DNA of 63,990 nt, filler included. It is 6 parts of 6 records of this genome, joined end to end, with 100 filler letters (N's around TTAATTAATTAA, not from the genome) between each part and the next. Parts side by side here need not be neighbours in the genome. Positions count along the whole stretch, not along the records: positions 53,059 to 56,831 come from SRR20825010_496; positions 56,932 to 60,679 come from SRR20825010_503; positions 60,780 to 63,990 come from SRR20825010_703; 3 more parts are not named here. The stretch is one strand, 5' to 3'. A program made the translations under genes and the position numbers. Positions 56,764 to 63,990 of this stretch are shown here, piece after piece (the first letter of the stretch is position 1; each line of letters begins with the position of its first letter). The notes beneath the pieces were generated by a model. The model did no database searches and was not told where the DNA came from. It worked only from the letters and a program-made list of their open reading frames with translations.

Positions 56764-56831
56764 TGACATCGGCACCGCGCGGTCCCCTCGAAGGGGTCAA
56801 GGTCATCGAACTGGCGCGCATTCTGGCCGGC
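56763..56831 (+). CDS. CaiB/BaiF CoA-transferase family III, N-terminal fragment
   Basis: MTSAPRGPLEGVKVIELARILAG, truncated by the contig end. Confidence 0.8.
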
Positions 56832-56931
56832 NNNNNNNNNNNNNNNNNNNNNNNNNNNNNNNNNNNNNNNNNNNNTTAATTAATTAANNNNNNNNNNNNN
56901 NNNNNNNNNNNNNNNNNNNNNNNNNNNNNNN
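56832..56931. other. Artificial contig linker
   Basis: N44-TTAATTAATTAA-N44. Confidence 0.98.
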
Positions 56932-56932
56932 G

Positions 56933-56998
56933 TGCTCGGACGAGGCCAGCATGATCACCGGTGTCGCCATGGAAGTTGACGGCGGGCGCTGCATATGA
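56933..56998 (+). CDS. SDR-family oxidoreductase, C-terminal fragment
   Basis: CSDEASMITGVAMEVDGGRCI* matches the SDR C-terminal TG...VDGG motif. Confidence 0.75.
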   Translation, partial: CSDEASMITGVAMEVDGGRCI

Positions 56999-57055
56999 GT
57001 TGTACCGCCTGACCTTGCGGCTTCTGAACACCCCGAACCAAAGCAGGCGCGCGCC

Positions 57056-58045
57056 ATGAACATCGGCCCCAGAAACCTTATCACGGATGTCCCCGGCCTT
57101 TGGGTCGGCAACGCGCAGGACGAGGTGCTGAAATCCGGCACCACCGTGGTTGTGGGGGATGCACCTTTTACCGCGTCGGTACATGTGATGGGCGGTGCCC
57201 CCGGCACCCGCGAGACCGATATGCTCGCCCCGGACAAGACCGTCGAAGCGGTGGAGGCGCTGGTGCTCTCGGGCGGCTCCGCATTCGGGCTCGACGCCTG
57301 TTCCGGCGTGGTTGACGGGCTGCGCGCGGCGGGGCGCGGGTTTCAGGTGGGCGGTGCCGTCATCCCGCTGGTGCCGGGGGCGATCCTGTTCGACCTGCTG
57401 AATGGCGGGGACAAGACCTGGTCCGACAACCCGTACCGCGCGCTGGGGCGGCAGGCCTTCGACGCCGTCGCGCAGGATTTTGCACTGGGCACAATCGGTG
57501 CAGGCACCGGAGCGCTGAGCGCGATGATGAAGGGGGGTCTTGGCTCTGCCTCTCTTGTGCTGCCGGATGGCAGTACAGTGGGCGCGCTGGTCGCCGCCAA
57601 TCCGGTCGGGGCTGTGACCACGCCGGGGGACCGGCATTTCTATGCCGCACCCTTCGAGATTGCGGGCGAATTCGGCGGTCTGGGGCCGGATCCTGCCAGC
57701 GGCCTTGGCATGACGCTGGACAGCCGCAAGATACGCGCGCAGTCGCCGCGCGAAAACACCACCATCGCGATTGTCGCCACCGATGCCGCGTTGACCAAGG
57801 CGCAGTGCCACCGCGTTGCTGTTGCGGCACATGACGGCATCGGGCGCGCGACGGTCCCGGCGCATACGCCCCATGACGGCGATCTTGTCTTTGCGCTCAG
57901 CACCGGGGGCGGCACCGCCGGTGACGTCATGATGATCGGCCATGCCGCCGCCTTGTGCCTGTCCCGCGCCATCGCGCGGGCCATCTTTCACGCGTCGCCG
58001 CGCCCCGGTGACCTGCTACCCTGCTGGAGCGATCTGAATGCCTGA
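57056..58045 (+). CDS. P1/S58 family peptidase (DmpA-like)
   Basis: NLITDVPG, GGAPGTRETD, LSGGSAFGL, GAGTGA, KGGLGSAS, ENTTI, HTPHDGD. Confidence 0.9.
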   Translation: MNIGPRNLITDVPGLWVGNAQDEVLKSGTTVVVGDAPFTASVHVMGGAPGTRETDMLAPDKTVEAVEALVLSGGSAFGLDACSGVVDGLRAAGRGFQVGGAVIPLVPGAILFDLLNGGDKTWSDNPYRALGRQAFDAVAQDFALGTIGAGTGALSAMMKGGLGSASLVLPDGSTVGALVAANPVGAVTTPGDRHFYAAPFEIAGEFGGLGPDPASGLGMTLDSRKIRAQSPRENTTIAIVATDAALTKAQCHRVAVAAHDGIGRATVPAHTPHDGDLVFALSTGGGTAGDVMMIGHAAALCLSRAIARAIFHASPRPGDLLPCWSDLNA

Positions 58046-58844
58046 CCTCGCGCTGAACGACCTGTCGCTGCATTACGAGGTCGAGGGCAACGGGCCGCCG
58101 CTGGTCCTGCTCGCAGGCATGCTCAGCGACAATGCCGCCTGGACACCCCTTGTGCCGCTGCTGCGCGACAGGTTCACGGTGATCCGCCCGGATAACCGCA
58201 GCACCGGGCGCACAACGCCAAAGGATGCACCGGCAACAATGGACCTGATGGTCCGTGACGTGATCGCGCTGATGGATCATCTGGGGCATGCCCGGTTCCA
58301 TGTGGCAGGACATTCGATGGGCGGGCTGATGACGCTTGAGCTTGCCGGTCTGTTCGCGGACCGGGTTGCAACCGCAACCATCATGGCCTCCGGTCGGGTG
58401 CGCAGCCCGCGCACAACGGCGGTGTTCGACGCGCTGCTGGCGATCCGCCGGATGCCAAAGGGCGAGGAAGCATGGCTGCGCGCGCTCTACCCCTGGATCT
58501 TCGGGCCTGCGTTCTTTACCGATCCCGGAAATGTCGGCGCCGCGCTTGAAGCCGCTTTGGCCTATCCCCATGCACAATCCGCCGAAGCGATGGCGCATCA
58601 GATGGACGCGTTCAGTAAGTTCCGACCAGAAGCGGGCCTTGCAGACATCACCTGCCCGACGTTGATCTTCTATGCCGCGCAGGATGTCCTTGTGCCGCCC
58701 GCCCTGGCGAAACCGGGTTTCGACGGCATCGGGAACAAGACCGAAATCACCATTGAGAATGCCGGTCACTCGATCATCTGGGACGCGCCAAAAGATGTGG
58801 CATCCCGGCTGCTCGATTTCCTTTCAGAGCATTCGATCAGATAG
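58038..58844 (+). CDS. Alpha/beta hydrolase
   Basis: DNRSTGRT, GHSMGG, QDVLVP, AGH catalytic residues. Confidence 0.9.
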   Translation: MPDLALNDLSLHYEVEGNGPPLVLLAGMLSDNAAWTPLVPLLRDRFTVIRPDNRSTGRTTPKDAPATMDLMVRDVIALMDHLGHARFHVAGHSMGGLMTLELAGLFADRVATATIMASGRVRSPRTTAVFDALLAIRRMPKGEEAWLRALYPWIFGPAFFTDPGNVGAALEAALAYPHAQSAEAMAHQMDAFSKFRPEAGLADITCPTLIFYAAQDVLVPPALAKPGFDGIGNKTEITIENAGHSIIWDAPKDVASRLLDFLSEHSIR

Positions 58845-59484
58845 CATCCGGCTGGTGCGGTGGCGTGGCCTGCTCCAGCGCGGGGATCGCCATGCAATTT
58901 TCGTGGATCCGCAGGATGTTCGGGCAGTTCCTCATGTCCACCCTGAACCGCACGTTGTTCAAAACCTGCGCATAGAGGCACAGATCGGCCAGCCCCACGG
59001 TATCGCCATGGCAGAATTTTCCGGTCTCCGGCTCTGCGGCCAGCCGCGTCTCAAGCGCCTGCATGCCCGCCCCGGCCCATTTGCAGAACCACGCCGCCTT
59101 GCCCGCCGCATCCACGCCGAATTCAGCCTCAAGATGCTGGAGGATGCGCAGGTTGTTGACCGGGTGGATGTCCAGCGCGACGATCTGCGACAGGCTGCGC
59201 ACCCGCGCCCTGCCCCAAGGATCAGCCGGCAAAAGCGGCGGTTCGGGATACACCTCGTCCAGCCATTCGAGGATCGCCAGCGATTGCGGCAGCGCGCCCT
59301 GCGGCGTTACCAGCGTCGGGACCAGCCCCGACGGGTTCACCGCCAGATGTTCGGCGCTGGTTTGCTCTCCCTTCAGCAGGGCATGCGGCACGTAGTCATA
59401 GTCGAGCCCCTTGAGGTTCAGCGCGGCCCGGACCCGCACGGAGGAGGAGGACCGAAAATAGTTATGCAGGATCAGATCGCTCAT
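58837..59484 (-). CDS. maiA: Maleylacetoacetate/maleylpyruvate isomerase (GST zeta)
   Basis: YFRSSSSVRVRAALNLKG, QSLAILEWLDE, DIHPVNNLRIL, QPDA. Confidence 0.93.
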   Translation of the reverse strand: MSDLILHNYFRSSSSVRVRAALNLKGLDYDYVPHALLKGEQTSAEHLAVNPSGLVPTLVTPQGALPQSLAILEWLDEVYPEPPLLPADPWGRARVRSLSQIVALDIHPVNNLRILQHLEAEFGVDAAGKAAWFCKWAGAGMQALETRLAAEPETGKFCHGDTVGLADLCLYAQVLNNVRFRVDMRNCPNILRIHENCMAIPALEQATPPHQPDAI

Positions 59485-60173
59485 GCGCGCGCACCGATCG
59501 TGACTTCCAACTCGCCGATGCCCTCGACTCCGCCGGTGATCACGTCACCGGTGACCACAGCCCCCACGCCAGCGGGCGTGCCGGTCATGATCACGTCACC
59601 CGGTGCCAGCACCATGGCATGGCTCAGGATCGAGACATGTTCACGCACCGACCAGATCAGATCGGACAGGTCCGCGTCCTGCTGAACCTTGCCGTTCACG
59701 GCCAGCCAGATGCGCCCCGTCTCGACGCTGGGGACATCCGCCAGTGGCTTGATCGGGGCAATCGGTGCGGAGTCGTCGAATGCCTTGCCCCAGTCCCAGG
59801 GACGGCCCATATCCTTGGCCTCGGTTTGCAGATCGCGGCGCGTCATGTCCAGACCCACGGATGCGCCCCAGACATGATCCATCACGTCAGCTTCGGCAAT
59901 CCGCACGCCGCCCTTGCCGATGGCAATAATCAACTCGATTTCGTAATGCAGATTTTCCGTCAGCAGCGGATAGGGGATCGTGCAGGGCGTATCCAGCGCC
60001 GCATCTGCGGGCTTTGTGAAAAAGAACGGCGCCTCGCGTGTCGGGTCCTTGCCCATCTCGCGGGCATGCGCTTCGTAGTTTCGACCGACGCAGAATATCC
60101 GCCGGATCGGAAACCGGGCTTCGCTGCCCTGAACCGCAAGGCTGGCTTGCTTGGGGGGATCAATTACATACAT
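59481..60173 (-). CDS. Fumarylacetoacetate hydrolase family protein (fumarylpyruvate hydrolase-like)
   Basis: RIFCVGRNYEAHAREMG, PFFFTKP, LHYEIEL, DMTRRDLQ, GDVIMTGTPAGVG. Confidence 0.92.
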   Translation of the reverse strand: MYVIDPPKQASLAVQGSEARFPIRRIFCVGRNYEAHAREMGKDPTREAPFFFTKPADAALDTPCTIPYPLLTENLHYEIELIIAIGKGGVRIAEADVMDHVWGASVGLDMTRRDLQTEAKDMGRPWDWGKAFDDSAPIAPIKPLADVPSVETGRIWLAVNGKVQQDADLSDLIWSVREHVSILSHAMVLAPGDVIMTGTPAGVGAVVTGDVITGGVEGIGELEVTIGARA

Positions 60174-60293
60174 GGCAAGGCTCCTTTGGTTGGGTACAAC
60201 GAACACCGAGTACCAGGAATCGTCAATGGCGCGCGTATTGGCCTATGCCACCCGATGCCATAGAAGGGCAGAAAGATACGGCAGGAAAGTCAC

Positions 60294-60679
60294 ATGAAAA
60301 AAGCACTCATCACCGGCGTCACAGGGCAGGACGGCTCTTATCTGGCCGAACTCCTGCTGGAAAAAGGCTATGAGGTACACGGGATCAAGCGCCGCGCGTC
60401 CTTGTTCAACACCCAGCGGATCGACCACATCTTTCAGGACCCGCACGAGCGTAACCGCAATTTTCACCTGCATTACGGCGATCTGACCGATACCTCGAAC
60501 ATCACGCGGATTATTGCCGAGGTGCAGCCTGATGAGGTCTATAATCTGGGTGCGCAAAGCCATGTTGCAGTTAGCTTCGAGGCCCCGGAATATACCGCCG
60601 ATGTCGACGCCAACGGTGCCCTGCGCCTGCTGGAGGCCATCCGTTTCCTCAAGATGGACCAGAAGACAAGGTTCTATCA
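60294..60679 (+). CDS. gmd: GDP-mannose 4,6-dehydratase (3'-truncated)
   Basis: [47 protein letters not shown]. Confidence 0.96.
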
Positions 60680-60779
60680 NNNNNNNNNNNNNNNNNNNNN
60701 NNNNNNNNNNNNNNNNNNNNNNNTTAATTAATTAANNNNNNNNNNNNNNNNNNNNNNNNNNNNNNNNNNNNNNNNNNNN
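60680..60779. other. Artificial contig linker
   Basis: N44-TTAATTAATTAA-N44. Confidence 0.98.
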
Positions 60780-62756
60780 GTGTTCGACATCGAGATCGAC
60801 GCGCCCGAAATCGACCGCATGGTCGAAACCATCGCTGCCCTCGAACCAACCTTCGGTGGCATCAACCTGGAAGATATCAAGGCGCCCGAATGCTTCGAAG
60901 TCGAGGAACGGCTGAAGGCCCGCATGGGCATTCCCGTATTCCACGATGATCAGCATGGCACCGCTATCATCGTGGCCGCCGCCGTGCTGAACGGTCTCGA
61001 ACTGGCTGGCAAGGACATTGCTACCGCCAGGATCGTTTCGTCCGGTGCGGGAGCGGCTGCGCTTGCCTGCCTCAATCTGCTTGTTTCGCTCGGCGCAAAA
61101 ACCGAGAACATCTGGCTGACCGACCGGCACGGTGTCGTTTACGAAGGCCGCAAGGAAGAGATGGATCGCTGGAAAGCGCCCTATGTGAAGGATACCGACG
61201 CCCGGAAGCTGGTTGACGTGATTGGCGGCGCGGATGTGTTTCTCGGGCTCTCGGCGGCTGGTGTTCTCAAGCCGGAAATGCTGGCGAACATGGCCGAAAA
61301 GCCGCTGATCCTCGCGCTCGCCAATCCCGTGCCCGAAATCATGCCGGACGTGGCACGTGAGGCAAGGCCCGATGCCATGATCTGCACCGGGCGCTCGGAC
61401 TTTCCGAACCAGGTGAACAACGTTCTGTGCTTCCCCTACATCTTTAGAGGAGCGCTCGATGTCGGGGCGACCGCGATTAACGAGGAGATGAAGCGTGCCG
61501 CCGTGAAGGCAATCGCCGGTCTGGCTCGCGAAGAGCCCTCTGATGTCGCAGCGCGCGCCTATTCCGCCGAGACGCCCATCTTCGGACCGGATTTCCTTAT
61601 TCCCTCACCTTTTGACCCCCGTCTCATCCTGCGCATTGCACCGGCGGTTGCGGAAGCGGCGATGAAAAGCGGTGTCGCAGCCCGCCCGATTGAGGATATG
61701 GACCAGTATCTCGATCGGCTGAACCGCTTCGTGTTCCGCTCGGGCCTGGTGATGAAACCCGTATTCTCCGCAGCCAAGGTCGCGGGAACGAAGCGCGTCA
61801 TCTACGCGGACGGAGAAGATGAGCGTGTTCTGCGGGCAGCACAGGTCGTGATCGAGGAAGGCATTGCCGAGCCCATCATCATCGGCCGCCCGCATGTGGT
61901 GGAAACGCGCCTGAAGCGTTATGGCCTGCGCATTCGACCCGGCGAGGACTTCGCCATCATCAACCCGGAAGACGACCCACGCTATCGCGACTATGTCGAT
62001 CTGCTGGTGCAGCTGGCGGGCCGGCGCGGCGTGACACCGGAGGCTGCTCGGACACTCGTCCGCACCAACACGACGGTCATCGCCGCCATCGCCATGATGC
62101 GCGATGAGGCCGACGCCATGATCTGCGGTCTTGAAGGGCGCTTTGAAAAACACCTGCGCTATGTCGACATGATCATCGGCAAGCGCGAAGGCGTGTGCGA
62201 TCTCTCCACCCTTTCCATGCTGATCTCGCAGTTCGGTGTAACATTCTTCACCGACACCTATGTCACCCTTTGCCCAACGGCATCCGAGATCGTGGAAACG
62301 ACGATCCTGGCGGCCGAAGAAATTCGGCGCTTCGGCATCGAACCAAAGGCGGCGCTGTTGTCGCACTCCAATTTCGGCTCACGCGATTCAGAGAGCTCGA
62401 TCAAGATGCGCGAAGCCGCTCTGACGCTGAAGCGCGTCGCGCCCGATCTTGTGTCCGATGGTGAAATGCACGGCGATTCCGCGCTCTCGGAAGTGTTGCG
62501 CCAGCGCGTCTTTCCGCAGGCGTCGCTCTCCGGCGAGGCCAATCTTCTCGTCTTCCCGAACCTTGACGCAGCCAATATCACGCTAACCACGCTGAAGATC
62601 ATGACTGATGCGCTGCATGTCGGTCCTATCCTGCTTGGAACGGCCATGCCCGCGCACATTCTGACACCTTCGGTCACCTCGCGCGGGGTTGTGAACATGA
62701 CTGCTCTGGCAGCCGTGGAAGCATTGCAAAAAAGCAAGGCGGTCATGACCAGCTGA
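60780..62756 (+). CDS. maeB: Malic enzyme with C-terminal phosphotransacetylase-like domain (MaeB/Dme type), 5'-truncated
   Basis: [41 protein letters not shown], then [31 protein letters not shown]. Confidence 0.93.
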   Translation: MFDIEIDAPEIDRMVETIAALEPTFGGINLEDIKAPECFEVEERLKARMGIPVFHDDQHGTAIIVAAAVLNGLELAGKDIATARIVSSGAGAAALACLNLLVSLGAKTENIWLTDRHGVVYEGRKEEMDRWKAPYVKDTDARKLVDVIGGADVFLGLSAAGVLKPEMLANMAEKPLILALANPVPEIMPDVAREARPDAMICTGRSDFPNQVNNVLCFPYIFRGALDVGATAINEEMKRAAVKAIAGLAREEPSDVAARAYSAETPIFGPDFLIPSPFDPRLILRIAPAVAEAAMKSGVAARPIEDMDQYLDRLNRFVFRSGLVMKPVFSAAKVAGTKRVIYADGEDERVLRAAQVVIEEGIAEPIIIGRPHVVETRLKRYGLRIRPGEDFAIINPEDDPRYRDYVDLLVQLAGRRGVTPEAARTLVRTNTTVIAAIAMMRDEADAMICGLEGRFEKHLRYVDMIIGKREGVCDLSTLSMLISQFGVTFFTDTYVTLCPTASEIVETTILAAEEIRRFGIEPKAALLSHSNFGSRDSESSIKMREAALTLKRVAPDLVSDGEMHGDSALSEVLRQRVFPQASLSGEANLLVFPNLDAANITLTTLKIMTDALHVGPILLGTAMPAHILTPSVTSRGVVNMTALAAVEALQKSKAVMTS

Positions 62757-62924
62757 GTGCCAGTCGCGCGCCGGAATGAATTGAGAGGCCCATCGGAGAA
62801 AGACTGATGTCTCTAACCGTAGCTTAACCTGGTTGCCTTATCTTCGCAGCTCAACCGGTGATGTATAGCAAAGCGCGATGCGGACTGCTCGCGCGGCAGC
62901 CGGAAAGTGCAGGCGGGGCACAAG

Positions 62925-63990
62925 ATGCGTCTGGGTGGTAGATACCTGTTGCGATTGATTTTACTGGCTTTTACAGCCATGCCAGTCGTAGCGATCACAA
63001 TTTCTCCTGCCCAAACGGCATCGCGCATTTGCAAGACACTTGAAGCGCGGCTCGCAGCCATGCCCTCCGGATCCTCCAGCAAAAGCCGGAACTACTCTCG
63101 AGCCATAGCGAAGCAGCAACAACAGCTTGGCATCGTGCGTGCGCGCATGAAGCAGGCGAAATGTGGCTTCGGCATTTTCGGCAATCGAATTCCTGAATGC
63201 GCTCAGCTGAGAAAGTCGGCTGCGAGCATGGAGAACAACCTCGCAAAACTGCGCAGGCAGCAAGGCCGTATCGGTGGCGGCTCCGAAGCTCAACGCTCGC
63301 GAATTCAGGCAAGGCTGAAAGCCAACGATTGCTATGACAAGGGTGCCGTAAAAACGCGCAAAAAAAGCAAAGTGCGCAGCAAGCAAAGCACGCCATCGGC
63401 GGCCCGCAAGCGGCAGCGCCCCAGCACGGTTTTTCAAACCATGTGCGTGCGGTCGTGCGACGGGTACTATTTCCCAATCTCGTTTTCAGTGTCCAGGGAC
63501 AAATTCTCCCGGGATGAGAAGACCTGCATGGCGCGTTGCCCTGGAGCAGAAGTCGCACTCTATGCACATGACGTTTTGAACGAGGAAGCCGAGGACATGA
63601 TTTCGACGGCAGACGGCACCCCGTACCGTGAGTTGCCGAAAGCATTCAGCTACCGTCGAACAGGGGTTTCTCGCGAAACGTGCAGCTGCCGTAAGGACAG
63701 ACGGTTTACAATCCTGGCAGGAGAAAAAGCGGTCGATACCGAGAGCGCCTCAACTCAAGAGACCACTCACTCGTCAGACACCCAGGTGGTGGCCAAGGAG
63801 ACAACCGGCGAAACGACATCAAGCTTTTATGTGGCGGTGCCTCCGAAACAGGAGTCAGCACAAAGTGAAGTCGCAGGACCGATCCTGGACGACACTCCTC
63901 AATCTCGCTCGTTCGATGATGAAGCAGCCCAACGCCGCGTCAGGATAGTCGGGCCAGCGTTTCTTCCCGACCCAAAAGAGGCAATAGACC
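62925..63990 (+). CDS. DUF2865-domain secreted protein (3'-truncated; absent from ORF track)
   Basis: Manual translation MRLGGRYLLRLILLAFTAMP...TMCVRSCDGYYFPISF...CMARCPGAEVALY...PYRELPKAFSYR...CSC...RVRIVGPAFLP, open to the window end. Confidence 0.85.
   Translation, partial: MRLGGRYLLRLILLAFTAMPVVAITISPAQTASRICKTLEARLAAMPSGSSSKSRNYSRAIAKQQQQLGIVRARMKQAKCGFGIFGNRIPECAQLRKSAASMENNLAKLRRQQGRIGGGSEAQRSRIQARLKANDCYDKGAVKTRKKSKVRSKQSTPSAARKRQRPSTVFQTMCVRSCDGYYFPISFSVSRDKFSRDEKTCMARCPGAEVALYAHDVLNEEAEDMISTADGTPYRELPKAFSYRRTGVSRETCSCRKDRRFTILAGEKAVDTESASTQETTHSSDTQVVAKETTGETTSSFYVAVPPKQESAQSEVAGPILDDTPQSRSFDDEAAQRRVRIVGPAFLPDPKEAID

Noticed and set aside
63666-63679. GTTTCTCGCGAAAC (VSRET peptide) as parS
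   Set aside because: Two core mismatches, not palindromic, and no par genes on this contig
62961-63948. Track ORFs 62961-63437, 62995-63645 and 63628-63948
   Set aside because: They overlap the DUF2865 gene (62925 to window end), which has clear family motifs

Overview
The window is not one locus. It is six unrelated contigs joined by artificial 100-bp linkers (N44-TTAATTAATTAA-N44) at 13864-13963, 23027-23126, 52959-53058, 56832-56931 and 60680-60779. Taxonomic labels below are inferred from gene content and style, not from a search. Contig 1 (1-13863, Rhodospirillales-like alphaproteobacterium) carries a leuS-DUF3576-porin...yggS-L,D-transpeptidase-ribA-cenR block. A JmjC oxygenase, a sulfotransferase and a TPR-sulfotransferase sit inside it, and the contig ends in a partial tRNA-Gln. 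Contig 2 (13964-23026, very GC-rich, Planctomycetota/Phycisphaerae-like) has tandem TPR-sulfotransferases, dciA and parB. Two parS sites lie inside neighbouring coding sequences, and a histone-H1-like/winged-helix protein follows parB. Contig 3 (23127-52958, alphaproteobacterium) has an MttB-family methyltransferase, a desaturase/XRE/PBP-fold trio, a 29-aa membrane ORF behind a CtrA box, phnCDE and a low-GC CHASE2/small secreted protein/M48 peptidase operon. It also has a TPP riboswitch directly upstream of a LIV-type ABC transporter, pyrE, a peptide ABC system, an orphan Xre/MbcA antitoxin and fetAB. Contigs 4-5 (Rhodobacteraceae-like) carry alkB-mutY-dciA-dsbA and a DmpA-like peptidase, maiA, an FAH-family gene and gmd. 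Contig 6 (Rhizobiales-like) carries a malic enzyme and a DUF2865 gene. No CRISPR array, transposase or rRNA was seen. The best candidates for undescribed biology are the TPP-regulated LIV-family transporter, the output-less CHASE2/M48 operon, the JmjC-sulfotransferase cassette, the parB-linked histone-like protein and the CtrA-box small protein.
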